20,000 bases of DNA from an uncultured virus (IMG/VR IMGVR_UViG_3300046169_000098) (lineage: Duplodnaviria; Heunggongvirae; Uroviricota; Caudoviricetes): IMG/VR virus record IMGVR_UViG_3300046169_000098. One strand, given 5' to 3'. The notes beneath the pieces are model-generated. The model was not told the origin of the DNA, made no database searches, and saw only the letters and a program-made list of their open reading frames with translations. A program made the position numbers and the translations under genes. Of this stretch, positions 7,277-15,612 are shown one piece after another (the stretch's first letter is position 1; every line of letters begins with the position of its first letter).

Positions 7277-9148
7277 TTATCCAGCGTTAAGGTCAGAAAC
7301 TCTCTTAAGGAATGCTTTAGTAACGTGTTGAGCAGTTTGATCTTTACCACCATATGCACTAACATCAAACATTGCGTTCACGTCAATTGATCCTTCAACA
7401 TCTGGTTGTAAGTAAGATCTACCTCTACCTGCATTAAACATTGATTCTATTTCACCCTTGTCTCTTGGTCTACCAGGTTTTAATGTACATGTAAGTTTAA
7501 TTTTACTTGGAAATCCTTCATAACCCAAAGGTCCATCAAATTCTATTTTACTATCCATCATTGCTAAGTTTCCACAAACTATCATAGGATTCATTGGATT
7601 ACCAATAGTAACGTGCCATTGTCCAGTAGGATCACCCGTTAAAAACGCAGCAATAGTTGTGGCACCTTGAGGTCCATTCATCAATTTCATTAGGCCACCT
7701 CCAACGATGTTATCGAGTATCTTAGAATCACCTAAGGCATTAATACCTTTACCATTCGCAACACCTTTTACTGCATTACCAAGATCACCTAGTGCAAAAC
7801 CAGCAGCACCCTTTATCTGATCACCTACAGAACTTAAGAATCCTTTATAGTCACCACTTTTTAATTTGTTAAAATCACCAAAAGGTTTACCTATACTACC
7901 ACTACCCAATCCTCTAGTAGCACCACCCCAGAATGGAGCGTTGTTGTATGTTAACGCTAATATATTTGAAAGCGTATCCATAAATGCAACTTTAGGACTT
8001 GTATCTGCCAAAGCCTTTAAGTCATAATAGAAATTTAATTCAAACTGTTGATCAAATTCTAAACCTTGTTGTTTGGTTAATACTTTTTTAATTACATTAA
8101 GTGGTCCAAATACTTTGTTAGGATACGTTTCACTTGTTGGATCCCAACCTGCACCCTTATCTTTTATTCTAGCAGCTTGTTCAGGACTAACGTTGTTTAC
8201 ACCGGCGTTTACAGCACTTAATAGCGGACTTCCGTCAATCATTGCTCCTAATTTACCTTTTTTACCAGCACTTCCTGTAATTTTTTGAATTTCTGATTCT
8301 ACTTCTTTCCAATTAAACTTTGTTCCAAATTTAAGAATACTTTTCATCTCGTTACCAAGCGCCGGCGACATCCACGTGATAGCTCTTGCAAGATCAGGCA
8401 TAGAGCCATCTACTGGCTTTCCGTCTTTACCAGGAATCATCATGTTTTTAAGATCATCTTGTACTGGATATGGGAATCTTCTTAGAGTAATCATATAATC
8501 ATTAGAGATACGACCATAATGTTCTGCTTGTACAAAATCAGCGTAACTATATGTGTACGCAATAGATGGATGTTCTTTAGATTCGTTTACTATATTACTA
8601 GCAGTTGGATTATAAGCTTCTGCTAGACCATGGTGGAATACTGCTTTATTATAAGAATCTTTTCCACTTGACATATCGTCCTTAGATGAATCTGCTCTGT
8701 TCTTATATTTATGCAAAGACCAAGCATTCATTTTAGAATTAAGACCTAGTCCTGCAGAAACGCTTTGTCCAGCATCCTCTATTTTGTCACCACCAGTACC
8801 ACTAACTGTTTTACCAACTGAATATGTTCTAGAATCTACCTCGTTTACACCATATAAACTATTTGCACCAGCACCAGTGTCCTGTGCAGATGCATTAATT
8901 GTAGTTTTACCTTGAGAATCTAATACGTTAGGTGGTTCGGGAACAGGATAGCCAATTACAGGATATACTCCTCCAAATGTTGCGGCTCCTGAATCATCCA
9001 CGTTTATAAAAGTAGAAAGAACAGGACCTTTTTCTTCACCAGTTGGCATTTCTAGCCAAACTAATTTTGGAGCTTCATCTCCTAGTGATGCTTTGAATAC
9101 TTCAGACTCTTCCATTCTTAAGAATGTAAATGAAATAGCGTTTGCCAT
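7277..9148 (-). CDS. Putative tail tube initiator / baseplate protein (tube-like C-terminal domain, Gly-rich middle)
   Basis: 623-aa ORF that is first in the baseplate cluster. It has Gly/Ala-rich segments, FDQQFELNFYYDL, and C-terminal WHVTIGNPMNPMIVCGNL...KIEF...FPSKIKLTCTLKP, a strand pattern seen in gp48/gp54 or CIS tube-initiator-like proteins. The call rests on pattern and synteny. Confidence 0.45.
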   Translation of the reverse strand: MANAISFTFLRMEESEVFKASLGDEAPKLVWLEMPTGEEKGPVLSTFINVDDSGAATFGGVYPVIGYPVPEPPNVLDSQGKTTINASAQDTGAGANSLYGVNEVDSRTYSVGKTVSGTGGDKIEDAGQSVSAGLGLNSKMNAWSLHKYKNRADSSKDDMSSGKDSYNKAVFHHGLAEAYNPTASNIVNESKEHPSIAYTYSYADFVQAEHYGRISNDYMITLRRFPYPVQDDLKNMMIPGKDGKPVDGSMPDLARAITWMSPALGNEMKSILKFGTKFNWKEVESEIQKITGSAGKKGKLGAMIDGSPLLSAVNAGVNNVSPEQAARIKDKGAGWDPTSETYPNKVFGPLNVIKKVLTKQQGLEFDQQFELNFYYDLKALADTSPKVAFMDTLSNILALTYNNAPFWGGATRGLGSGSIGKPFGDFNKLKSGDYKGFLSSVGDQIKGAAGFALGDLGNAVKGVANGKGINALGDSKILDNIVGGGLMKLMNGPQGATTIAAFLTGDPTGQWHVTIGNPMNPMIVCGNLAMMDSKIEFDGPLGYEGFPSKIKLTCTLKPGRPRDKGEIESMFNAGRGRSYLQPDVEGSIDVNAMFDVSAYGGKDQTAQHVTKAFLKRVSDLNAG

Positions 9149-9170
9149 GTAATAGTTGCTCTTTGTTTAT

Positions 9171-9179
9171 TTATATATC
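9171..9179 (-). promoter_or_regulatory. Putative late promoter GATATATAA upstream of the baseplate operon
   Basis: Exact 9-mer 22 nt upstream of the ATG at 9148. A second near-copy, GATATATAC, lies at 9217-9225. Confidence 0.55.
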
Positions 9180-9223
9180 TACGGAATTATATTAATGTAA
9201 TATAATTACCCGTAAAGTATATA

Positions 9224-9823
9224 TCAAACCCATTCTACATCATCCATTTCAGAAGATTCTGGACGATATAATAATTCTGAGCTCCAATTAGGATCTTTAG
9301 GATAACGATCTCCTAGGAATTTTTTAAGTGATGCTACAAACTCACCTTGTGAGTTATAAAAAAACTCACCTTTACTGTAACTAGTTCTATTAGTTAACTC
9401 ATACAGCTCTTTAATGCACATTTGTATTTGAAAGGTCTGTATGTTATTAAAGAGTTCAACTTGTTCTGCACGTGTTTTTGTGCAAAAAACAGAGTCAACA
9501 ACAATGAGATAGTTTTTCCACTTTTCACCGTTAAATAAATTATCTTCTATGTCTTTAACTGTACTATAGCCTGCACGCTTAACATTTAATTTAGTGTCTT
9601 TACCCTCAAAGTTTTTAATAAATCTTCCTCCGAATATATTTTTCTTTAAGAAATAAACGTTGTCGTAAAACTTCTTAACTCTAATTTGATATTGTGGATT
9701 TACATCATCAAATTTTACATCATATATAGTTGCCCTAACTGGAATAAGTACATTAGGCTGTTGGGTAGTAGAGATCAATGCTTGGACTTGTTCTCCTTTA
9801 GAAAATAATTTATGCTTAATCAT
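9224..9823 (-). CDS. Hypothetical protein (N-terminal SH3/KOW-like strand pattern possible)
   Basis: 199-aa ORF overlapping the upstream gene by 8 nt. FSKGEQVQAL...VRATIYDV...QYQIRV hints at an SH3-like barrel. Confidence 0.7.
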   Translation of the reverse strand: MIKHKLFSKGEQVQALISTTQQPNVLIPVRATIYDVKFDDVNPQYQIRVKKFYDNVYFLKKNIFGGRFIKNFEGKDTKLNVKRAGYSTVKDIEDNLFNGEKWKNYLIVVDSVFCTKTRAEQVELFNNIQTFQIQMCIKELYELTNRTSYSKGEFFYNSQGEFVASLKKFLGDRYPKDPNWSSELLYRPESSEMDDVEWV

Positions 9824-10220
9824 TATCTATAAACTTAACATTATCAAATTTGCTCAATACACCTCTTTTAGGGTAATCACATCTGTTGATAATAGTCAAG
9901 TCTAAGTTAATGTCTCTGTCTTGAACAAGATCAGTAATAAAATCTTTAAAACCAGAAACACTCTTAGTGTCTAGGTCTTTGAACATATACGCTATTGAAA
10001 TTTCTTCAACTTCACTAGAATCATTGATTAATTTTTGTAACATTTTTCTAATATAAAGTGCTACAATAATAGACGACGGTTCAGAACCATACGGGTCACT
10101 TTTAATCAATCGATTAAAAATATCAAAATAAGATACAGCTAGATCGTAATCTCTAGATTTAGCTAATTTTTCAAATTCTGTTTTAGTTTTGCACCAGACG
10201 CCGTCTATTTTTAAAGTCAT
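9816..10220 (-). CDS. Hypothetical protein
   Basis: 134-aa ORF coupled to the upstream gene by a TAATG stop/start overlap at 10220. Confidence 0.7.
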   Translation of the reverse strand: MTLKIDGVWCKTKTEFEKLAKSRDYDLAVSYFDIFNRLIKSDPYGSEPSSIIVALYIRKMLQKLINDSSEVEEISIAYMFKDLDTKSVSGFKDFITDLVQDRDINLDLTIINRCDYPKRGVLSKFDNVKFIDND

Positions 10221-10540
10221 TATTTTAGTTGTGATTTGTAATACTTAAGCTTAGACTCAAGTTCTATAATCTTTGTTTTTATTTCTTTTTCAGTAGGTTT
10301 ATATTTTACACCCCAATCTGCTCTAATAGTCAATTCGTCTGAATCTAATTGTGTTCCAGTTGCCATTCCCAAGTCCATTACTAGTTCTTTAAGAAATTTA
10401 ATTTGATTGCCTCTGGTTTTACTTCCCTCAAATTCATAAACAGTTCTAGAAGTGTATTCTTCTCCACCACCATTTACGTTATCATCAAAGACGAATTTAA
10501 TTAGCCCGTTATCTGCAGGTTCTATACTAATAGTAATCAT
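10220..10540 (-). CDS. Hypothetical protein with C-terminal coiled coil
   Basis: 106-aa ORF in a tightly packed operon; ends EKEIKTKIIELESKLKYYKSQLK. Confidence 0.7.
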   Translation of the reverse strand: MITISIEPADNGLIKFVFDDNVNGGGEEYTSRTVYEFEGSKTRGNQIKFLKELVMDLGMATGTQLDSDELTIRADWGVKYKPTEKEIKTKIIELESKLKYYKSQLK

Positions 10541-10548
10541 TCAGTAGA

Positions 10549-10941
10549 TTATTTTGTTCGGTTAGCTCTTAGTTCTTTAACTTGTGCTAATAGTTGCTTT
10601 CTCTTTTTCTTATCTTCTCGATAAGTTTCTTTATCTTTAATTGCACCTAGAGCCCATGCTTCTTCTAATAGTTGCATTTCTTGATCATTATAACCCTGTT
10701 CTTTCCATGCTAATTTTGCAGAATCCAGTGCTGCTTCTAATCTAGCTGCGTTTAACTCTTCAATACGTCTAGTGTTTTCAGCGTGTAGTTTTTTACCATA
10801 TGCAATGTTTTCAGATCTAACCTTTGATCTAACTTCACCAAAATATGGCATCTTACTAAGTGCCTTAATAATACCTTGTTGCTTTAAGTAAGCTCTTCTT
10901 TGTCTACGATTTGGCGTTGCCTGATTTTGTTGTTGTTCCAT
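10549..10941 (-). CDS. Hypothetical basic helical protein with N-terminal NRRQRR motif
   Basis: 130-aa ORF, Lys/Arg-rich, packed between neighbouring genes. Confidence 0.7.
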   Translation of the reverse strand: MEQQQNQATPNRRQRRAYLKQQGIIKALSKMPYFGEVRSKVRSENIAYGKKLHAENTRRIEELNAARLEAALDSAKLAWKEQGYNDQEMQLLEEAWALGAIKDKETYREDKKKRKQLLAQVKELRANRTK

Positions 10942-11491
10942 TGTAATAATTTTTAATAAATGATTCTATTTGTTCTTTTAATTGGTCTCTTAAATTATCT
11001 ATCTGACTTTCTACTAGCAGCCCTATTTGTTCATTAAGATCCTTTTTTGTAATATCCATTTGATCTTTAAATAGATCATATACCTCTTTAGAAGGAATGT
11101 TAACCTTAACTGGCATATTAGCATGATTTTTTGCACTTAGTTTTCTAAGCATTTCCATCATAACATTAACCTCAGCCGTATTTACAACTTCAGGAGAATT
11201 AGAGGGTTTAGGAGCATCTTGTTTAGTATTTACAGGTAATGCATCTTTTATACCTGAACCAGATGGGTTAAAACCAAGAGATAGCGCTTTGGCATCTTCT
11301 TCACTTCTGGCTTCTAAAAGCATTTCAGTTACTAAATTTCTGGCACATTTAGACCCATCTGTAAACGCTATAAATTTATTATCTGATTTTTCTTCGTCTA
11401 CTGTTACTATGTTTCCAGCTCTTTCGGTTTTACCCCAAACATACATAGTTGGCTGTTCGACCGTCTTAGTATTGTTTTGATCTACACTCAT
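10904..11491 (-). CDS. Hypothetical protein (~195 aa; start revised to MSVDQNN)
   Basis: The track ORF starts at 11566 inside the upstream gene. The ATG at 11491 follows an A-rich leader (AAAAATAAAAAAGAT) like other genes here and removes that overlap. Confidence 0.65.
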   Translation of the reverse strand: MSVDQNNTKTVEQPTMYVWGKTERAGNIVTVDEEKSDNKFIAFTDGSKCARNLVTEMLLEARSEEDAKALSLGFNPSGSGIKDALPVNTKQDAPKPSNSPEVVNTAEVNVMMEMLRKLSAKNHANMPVKVNIPSKEVYDLFKDQMDITKKDLNEQIGLLVESQIDNLRDQLKEQIESFIKNYYNGTTTKSGNAKS

Positions 11492-11519
11492 ATCTTTTTT
11501 ATTTTTAAGCTTTTTGTTT

Positions 11520-11741
11520 CTACGTTGTAGAGCCCGATACATTATTGTTAACAGTTCTACTATCATTATACTCTTGTTTTATAAATTGTTTAATAAAATC
11601 AATAGAAGCCTCAGGCCCGATGATCGCATCTCGCCTTTGATATGGCACACACCATCTTTCTATAAATCTTTGGTTTCCATTTTCTAATAAGAATTTTTTT
11701 AATTCTTCTACTTCAGGTAAATACATTTTATTAAATCCCAT
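11520..11741 (-). CDS. Small hypothetical protein
   Basis: 73-aa ORF (MGFNKMYLPEVEELKK...) starting 5 nt after the upstream stop and filling the operon gap. Confidence 0.6.
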   Translation of the reverse strand: MGFNKMYLPEVEELKKFLLENGNQRFIERWCVPYQRRDAIIGPEASIDFIKQFIKQEYNDSRTVNNNVSGSTT

Positions 11742-11746
11742 ATTGT

Positions 11747-12328
11747 TTATTTTTCTGTGTCAAAAAAGAATGTTTGAAACAATCTTCCATTGTTAATATC
11801 TGTTCCAAAATAGTCAAGTGAAGAATGAAAAAGATCACCTTGATAAATGACTAATCTATTATACTTATTACCAATAAAATCTACCATTTCCCATTTTGTC
11901 ATATCCCTTGAGTCTTGATAAATTAATTCCATCATTGGTTCGTTTATTTCACCTGACGGCAGTCTTGGTATTTTATACGTGTTGGTTGCCTTATGTTTAA
12001 AAATTCCAGTTCCACCAGAAAGAGGTGCGTTAGGTGTTAAATATAAAACTCCAGCCCAATGATTATTTTCATCAGCATGGATCCAACTTCTATCTTCTTG
12101 TGTTGTGTATTGAAAAGCACCCGTATATTCTTCTGTAACCCATGATATTTTACCATGATATGGCTCGATGTGTTCAGCAATGTGTCCGGCTGTGCTTTCG
12201 TTTAAAAATGGAATCGTCCTATTACCAGGAAAATTGCCACTAACATTATATTCTTGAGTTAGTGCAAATTCTCTAACATCATCTGGGTTTTCATAAAAGT
12301 CGTCAATAATTATTGATGTGTATGCCAT
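11747..12328 (-). CDS. 2OG-Fe(II) oxygenase superfamily protein (DUF6445-like)
   Basis: IIIDDFYENPDDVREFAL start, HxD (WIHAD), WAGVLYLTPNAP..GGT, NRLVIY, distal His (FHSS) and Arg (GRLFQTFFFD) give the HxD...H...R 2OG-Fe(II) pattern. Confidence 0.75.
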   Translation of the reverse strand: MAYTSIIIDDFYENPDDVREFALTQEYNVSGNFPGNRTIPFLNESTAGHIAEHIEPYHGKISWVTEEYTGAFQYTTQEDRSWIHADENNHWAGVLYLTPNAPLSGGTGIFKHKATNTYKIPRLPSGEINEPMMELIYQDSRDMTKWEMVDFIGNKYNRLVIYQGDLFHSSLDYFGTDINNGRLFQTFFFDTEK

Positions 12329-14058
12329 TATTTTATAGTTTTAAGCCTTTCTAAAAAGGATGGAGGGAAGAATCCCTTCTTATTTATCAGGTTTTTAAAG
12401 CTAGCGTCCAGGATATATGTAATAGCCCAATCATCTTCACTTCTTACAGATCTACCTACACCTTGCATAACACTAATGCCAGTTTTCCAATCATACCACT
12501 CATTAGATGTATTTAATTTGGCTTTAATAAGAGGCTCGTTTAAATTAGGATAAGGTACTTTAAAAAATATTTGAAATCTACTAGTATCGTCTTTAAGATC
12601 TAACCCTTCTAACAGAGATGGTCCCATTAATATAGCATTTTCTTTTTTCTTGAATAGATCAATCATCCCAGCCTTCTCTTTAGAATTTTCATAATCCATA
12701 ATTCTAAAAGGATGCTTAGTGTTCTGTTTAATATAATTAGTAAACTCATATGATCCTGTGTGAATGATTCCACGCTGACCCTTATGCTTGTCTATGATTT
12801 GATCTAAGATAGCAACCACATGTGGTAGACTTTTAACTTTCTCTCTATATGTTAATTTGTGCCTATTAATAAAAACCACTGGAGATTTATCATAATTGAA
12901 CGCATTGTCTAATCTAATAAACTGAGCGTTCTTGATTCCCATAATTTTTACAAAAGATCTAGGATCACCAATAGTTGCACTCATAAATACTTTAAATCCA
13001 GACTGTTCATGTAAATACTTATTAATCATAAGAGCTTCTTCAACACATTTAAATGTTGATTCTTCTTCTCTCTGATCCAGTACCATTTTATCAACACCTA
13101 CTGTTTTTATCAATGCAACATAATCGTTTATTTTACAGTGAGTGTCTTTTAATCTATCGAATAGCCCGAATGCCTTTTGCCAATCTCTTGGAAGTGTTTG
13201 ATTTTTATATCTTAATTTGGCTACTTTACTTCCTTCATTTTTAATTTTACCATATACTTTGAGAATAGCGTCAAATTCCTGAAGAGCCTCAAAAACAGTT
13301 GTCTTATCACCTTTCATCATGTCATTAACTAGGCTTGTTAATTTACCTCTAGTATATGCACTACTACCAAATCCTTGTTTATTTGAAAATTTAGTTGCGT
13401 CTAAGATTTTATCTACTAAGGAAGGATCAACTCTCGGACTAAAATGGTTTTGAACAATTTCATCTATTTTATGTGCTTCGTCAAAAAACACAAAATCTCT
13501 TTTTTCAAATGGAATAGGTCTATCATCTAATTTCATTTTAGCATCTACATAATTTCGTTGAATTAACCAAAACGCGTAATTTAGTAAAGCAACAGGTTGA
13601 TTAATTGCTCTCGATCTGTTTTGTAGATACTCACACGAATTGTAACAAGATAATTCTTTAGCGGCCTCGTAACCTAAGCCTTTAAGTTTACAATCACCTA
13701 ATGAAAACGGCAAGCCGTTTACAGAACATTCATAATTGTCAACACCTCGAATTGAAGGCCAATTCAGTTTGAGCCTCATGAAGTCCGACTCGTATTGATC
13801 TTGCAATGTAAGATCGCTTGTGACAAGATAACCTCGATTCCCCAATTCTTTGAGAACGTATGAAGACCACATTGCGATAAGAGATTTGCCTGAGCCCGTT
13901 GGCGCATCTATGACAACTGTTGAATCCGGATCTTTTAGATAAGCTTCGCATATTTTTGTAATAATTTCACGTTGGTTTTTTCTAAACTTAAAGTCTTTTC
14001 CAAATACATTAGAATCTAATCCACTTTCGATAATTTCATTTATTCCGCGTTCCAACAT
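12328..14058 (-). CDS. DinG/Rad3 (XPD)-family SF2 DNA helicase with Fe-S cluster
   Basis: Q motif (FRKNQ), Walker A DAPTGSGKS, DEAH box, SAT motif III, EGLDL, KVPYP and QGVGRSVRSEDD motif VI. Four cysteines in a C-x11-C-x14-C-x3-C arrangement lie between motifs Ia and II. Confidence 0.92.
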   Translation of the reverse strand: MLERGINEIIESGLDSNVFGKDFKFRKNQREIITKICEAYLKDPDSTVVIDAPTGSGKSLIAMWSSYVLKELGNRGYLVTSDLTLQDQYESDFMRLKLNWPSIRGVDNYECSVNGLPFSLGDCKLKGLGYEAAKELSCYNSCEYLQNRSRAINQPVALLNYAFWLIQRNYVDAKMKLDDRPIPFEKRDFVFFDEAHKIDEIVQNHFSPRVDPSLVDKILDATKFSNKQGFGSSAYTRGKLTSLVNDMMKGDKTTVFEALQEFDAILKVYGKIKNEGSKVAKLRYKNQTLPRDWQKAFGLFDRLKDTHCKINDYVALIKTVGVDKMVLDQREEESTFKCVEEALMINKYLHEQSGFKVFMSATIGDPRSFVKIMGIKNAQFIRLDNAFNYDKSPVVFINRHKLTYREKVKSLPHVVAILDQIIDKHKGQRGIIHTGSYEFTNYIKQNTKHPFRIMDYENSKEKAGMIDLFKKKENAILMGPSLLEGLDLKDDTSRFQIFFKVPYPNLNEPLIKAKLNTSNEWYDWKTGISVMQGVGRSVRSEDDWAITYILDASFKNLINKKGFFPPSFLERLKTIK

Positions 14059-14546
14059 ATAACTTCTTTTACTTCGATTCCTGCCTCTTCTAGAATATCA
14101 ATACCGCTAGTGTCTCGATAGTTTTCTGAATAAAAAACCTTTTTAATACCTGATTGAATAATTAATTTTGCACAGTCAAAACAAGGGGACATTGTAATAT
14201 ACATGTCTGCACCGTCTGAGCTTAGCGTAGATTTACTGACCTTTGCAAGAGCGTTAGACTCTGCGTGTAATACTACTCTCTTAGTCACTTCTTTAGAACA
14301 ACAGCCATCATGGCAGTCATATCCTTTTTCTTCAAGTACTGTTTTGTGATGTTCGTTTTCTACCCTTCTGGTTTGTACCTCTTCACAATCGTTTTTAAAG
14401 CCATGTGGTGTACCATTATATCCAGTCGATATAACTTGATTATCTTTTACTATAATGCAACCAACGCGCTTTCTTTTAGCATAGGATAGTTTGGCTATTT
14501 GGTAAGCCATTTGCATGTATATTAAATCTACGGGTATTCTAGGCAT
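14040..14546 (-). CDS. dCMP deaminase (ComEB/T4 cd-like)
   Basis: VGCIIVKD..ISTGYNGTP, catalytic HAE (LHAESNAL) and PCxxC (SPCFDCAKLIIQSGIKKV). Confidence 0.93.
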   Translation of the reverse strand: MPRIPVDLIYMQMAYQIAKLSYAKRKRVGCIIVKDNQVISTGYNGTPHGFKNDCEEVQTRRVENEHHKTVLEEKGYDCHDGCCSKEVTKRVVLHAESNALAKVSKSTLSSDGADMYITMSPCFDCAKLIIQSGIKKVFYSENYRDTSGIDILEEAGIEVKEVICWNAE

Positions 14547-14554
14547 ATCTTGTT

Positions 14555-14588
14555 AAAATAAAAAAGTCCATGTATTATACACGGACTT
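14555..14588 (-). terminator. Rho-independent terminator ending the head-protein block; overlaps a TATAAT hexamer
   Basis: Minus-strand RNA AAGUCCGUGUA-UAA-UACAUGGACUU followed by UUUUAUUUU. The stem has a G-U pair only in this orientation and lies 30 nt after the stop at 14619. Confidence 0.75.
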
Positions 14589-14618
14589 CTTAAAAAGTTT
14601 ATTAAAATGTGTGCCTGT

Positions 14619-14915
14619 TTATGACCAGCCCTCTCCAAATTCAAGACAGTCTGCAAACTGCTCTACAGTTTCGATTTCTTGGGTTTGTTCTACATAAGAA
14701 CCATCTTCAGCTTCTGCCCATACGTCTTTACCGTTCCAAAAGAACGTAAACGCCGCATCATGACCGAATGGATTTTCCATTTCTGCAGTTTCAACTGAGA
14801 TTTCACCGCCATTGCCATCAACGTTTTTAAATCCCATTGCTATTAGCTCTTTCGCTGCTCTCTTAGAATTAAATTTTTCGTTAACAAACTGTTCAAATAA
14901 TTTCAAGTATTTCAT
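14619..14915 (-). CDS. Small putative internal head protein with capsid-targeting-like N-terminus
   Basis: Starts MKYLKLFEQFVNE, similar to the T4 internal-protein capsid targeting sequence (MKTYQEFIAE-type), which is cleaved after Glu. Confidence 0.65.
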   Translation of the reverse strand: MKYLKLFEQFVNEKFNSKRAAKELIAMGFKNVDGNGGEISVETAEMENPFGHDAAFTFFWNGKDVWAEAEDGSYVEQTQEIETVEQFADCLEFGEGWS

Positions 14916-14932
14916 GATTCTTCTCGTTATTT

Positions 14933-15493
14933 TTATGCTTCGTCTTCAGCGTAACCCCTAGGGTCTCCTGTAAAAGATTCTCTGCACTGATCAATTTTAT
15001 TACAATAAGCCTCTTTCATCTCATTCATCATAGCTTCGTAAGTTTCGTTAGCCATTTCATCAGCTTCGTTGATTTCTTTGTAAGCTTCTTCGAGTGCTTG
15101 TGCTGCCATACCTGCAACTAGTGCAGCATTTTCTTTCATATATGTTTCTAAAGTGTGGTCATCGTAATCATCTCCTGCATAATTACATGCTTCCATAACT
15201 ACGTTCTTGTAAACCTTAGCAACCATTTCTGAAACGATTAAAACTTCAGCATCGTTTTCGTCTTCAGATCTTTGTTCAGGATCTGCCTCTAGTTCAGCTT
15301 CTTCAACATCTTCTGCGTCTGCAACTTCTTCTTCTCTTTCCTCGTCTTCTTCGACCTCTTCGTCATTAAAATCTTCGACGTCATCTGTTTCACCTTCTGG
15401 TGCTGGATACCCTTCAGGGTTTTCGTGTTCTCCTACATCAGAAGCTTTAAGATTCTTGCTGTACTCTTCGAACGATAATATTTGTTTTGCCAT
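14933..15493 (-). CDS. Highly acidic putative prohead core / internal head protein
   Basis: 186 aa, starts MAKQILSFEEY (variant of the same leader), contains long Glu/Asp tracts, and is preceded by GATATATAA. Confidence 0.6.
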   Translation of the reverse strand: MAKQILSFEEYSKNLKASDVGEHENPEGYPAPEGETDDVEDFNDEEVEEDEEREEEVADAEDVEEAELEADPEQRSEDENDAEVLIVSEMVAKVYKNVVMEACNYAGDDYDDHTLETYMKENAALVAGMAAQALEEAYKEINEADEMANETYEAMMNEMKEAYCNKIDQCRESFTGDPRGYAEDEA

Positions 15494-15518
15494 AATATTG
15501 TATTATTGTTTTCTTTTA

Positions 15519-15527
15519 TTATATATC
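15519..15527 (-). promoter_or_regulatory. Putative late promoter GATATATAA
   Basis: Exact 9-mer 25 nt upstream of the ATG at 15493. Confidence 0.55.
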
Positions 15528-15612
15528 AAATTTAGTTTATAAAGTTGGAATGCTGTTTTCTTTCATCCATTTTTCTAACTTTTCATAAGCTGCATTAAAA
15601 ACTCTACTTCTC

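Noticed and set aside
391..9148. Bacterial extracellular contractile injection system or T6SS locus
   Set aside because: The flanks hold phage-type dCMP deaminase, helicase and capsid-targeted proteins with late-promoter-like motifs. No eCIS ATPase or T6SS membrane genes are present, so a myophage baseplate module fits better.
10890..10915. NRRQRR as a lambda N-like antiterminator arginine-rich motif
   Set aside because: The motif is too short and common in small phage proteins, and no boxB-like hairpins were identified to support it.
15528..15612. Possible ncRNA or tRNA in the apparent intergenic gap
   Set aside because: The gap reads as the frameshifted C-terminus of the polyprotein (MDTKRSRVFNAAYEKLEKWMKENSIPTL). 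No tRNA-like fold was seen here or elsewhere in the window.
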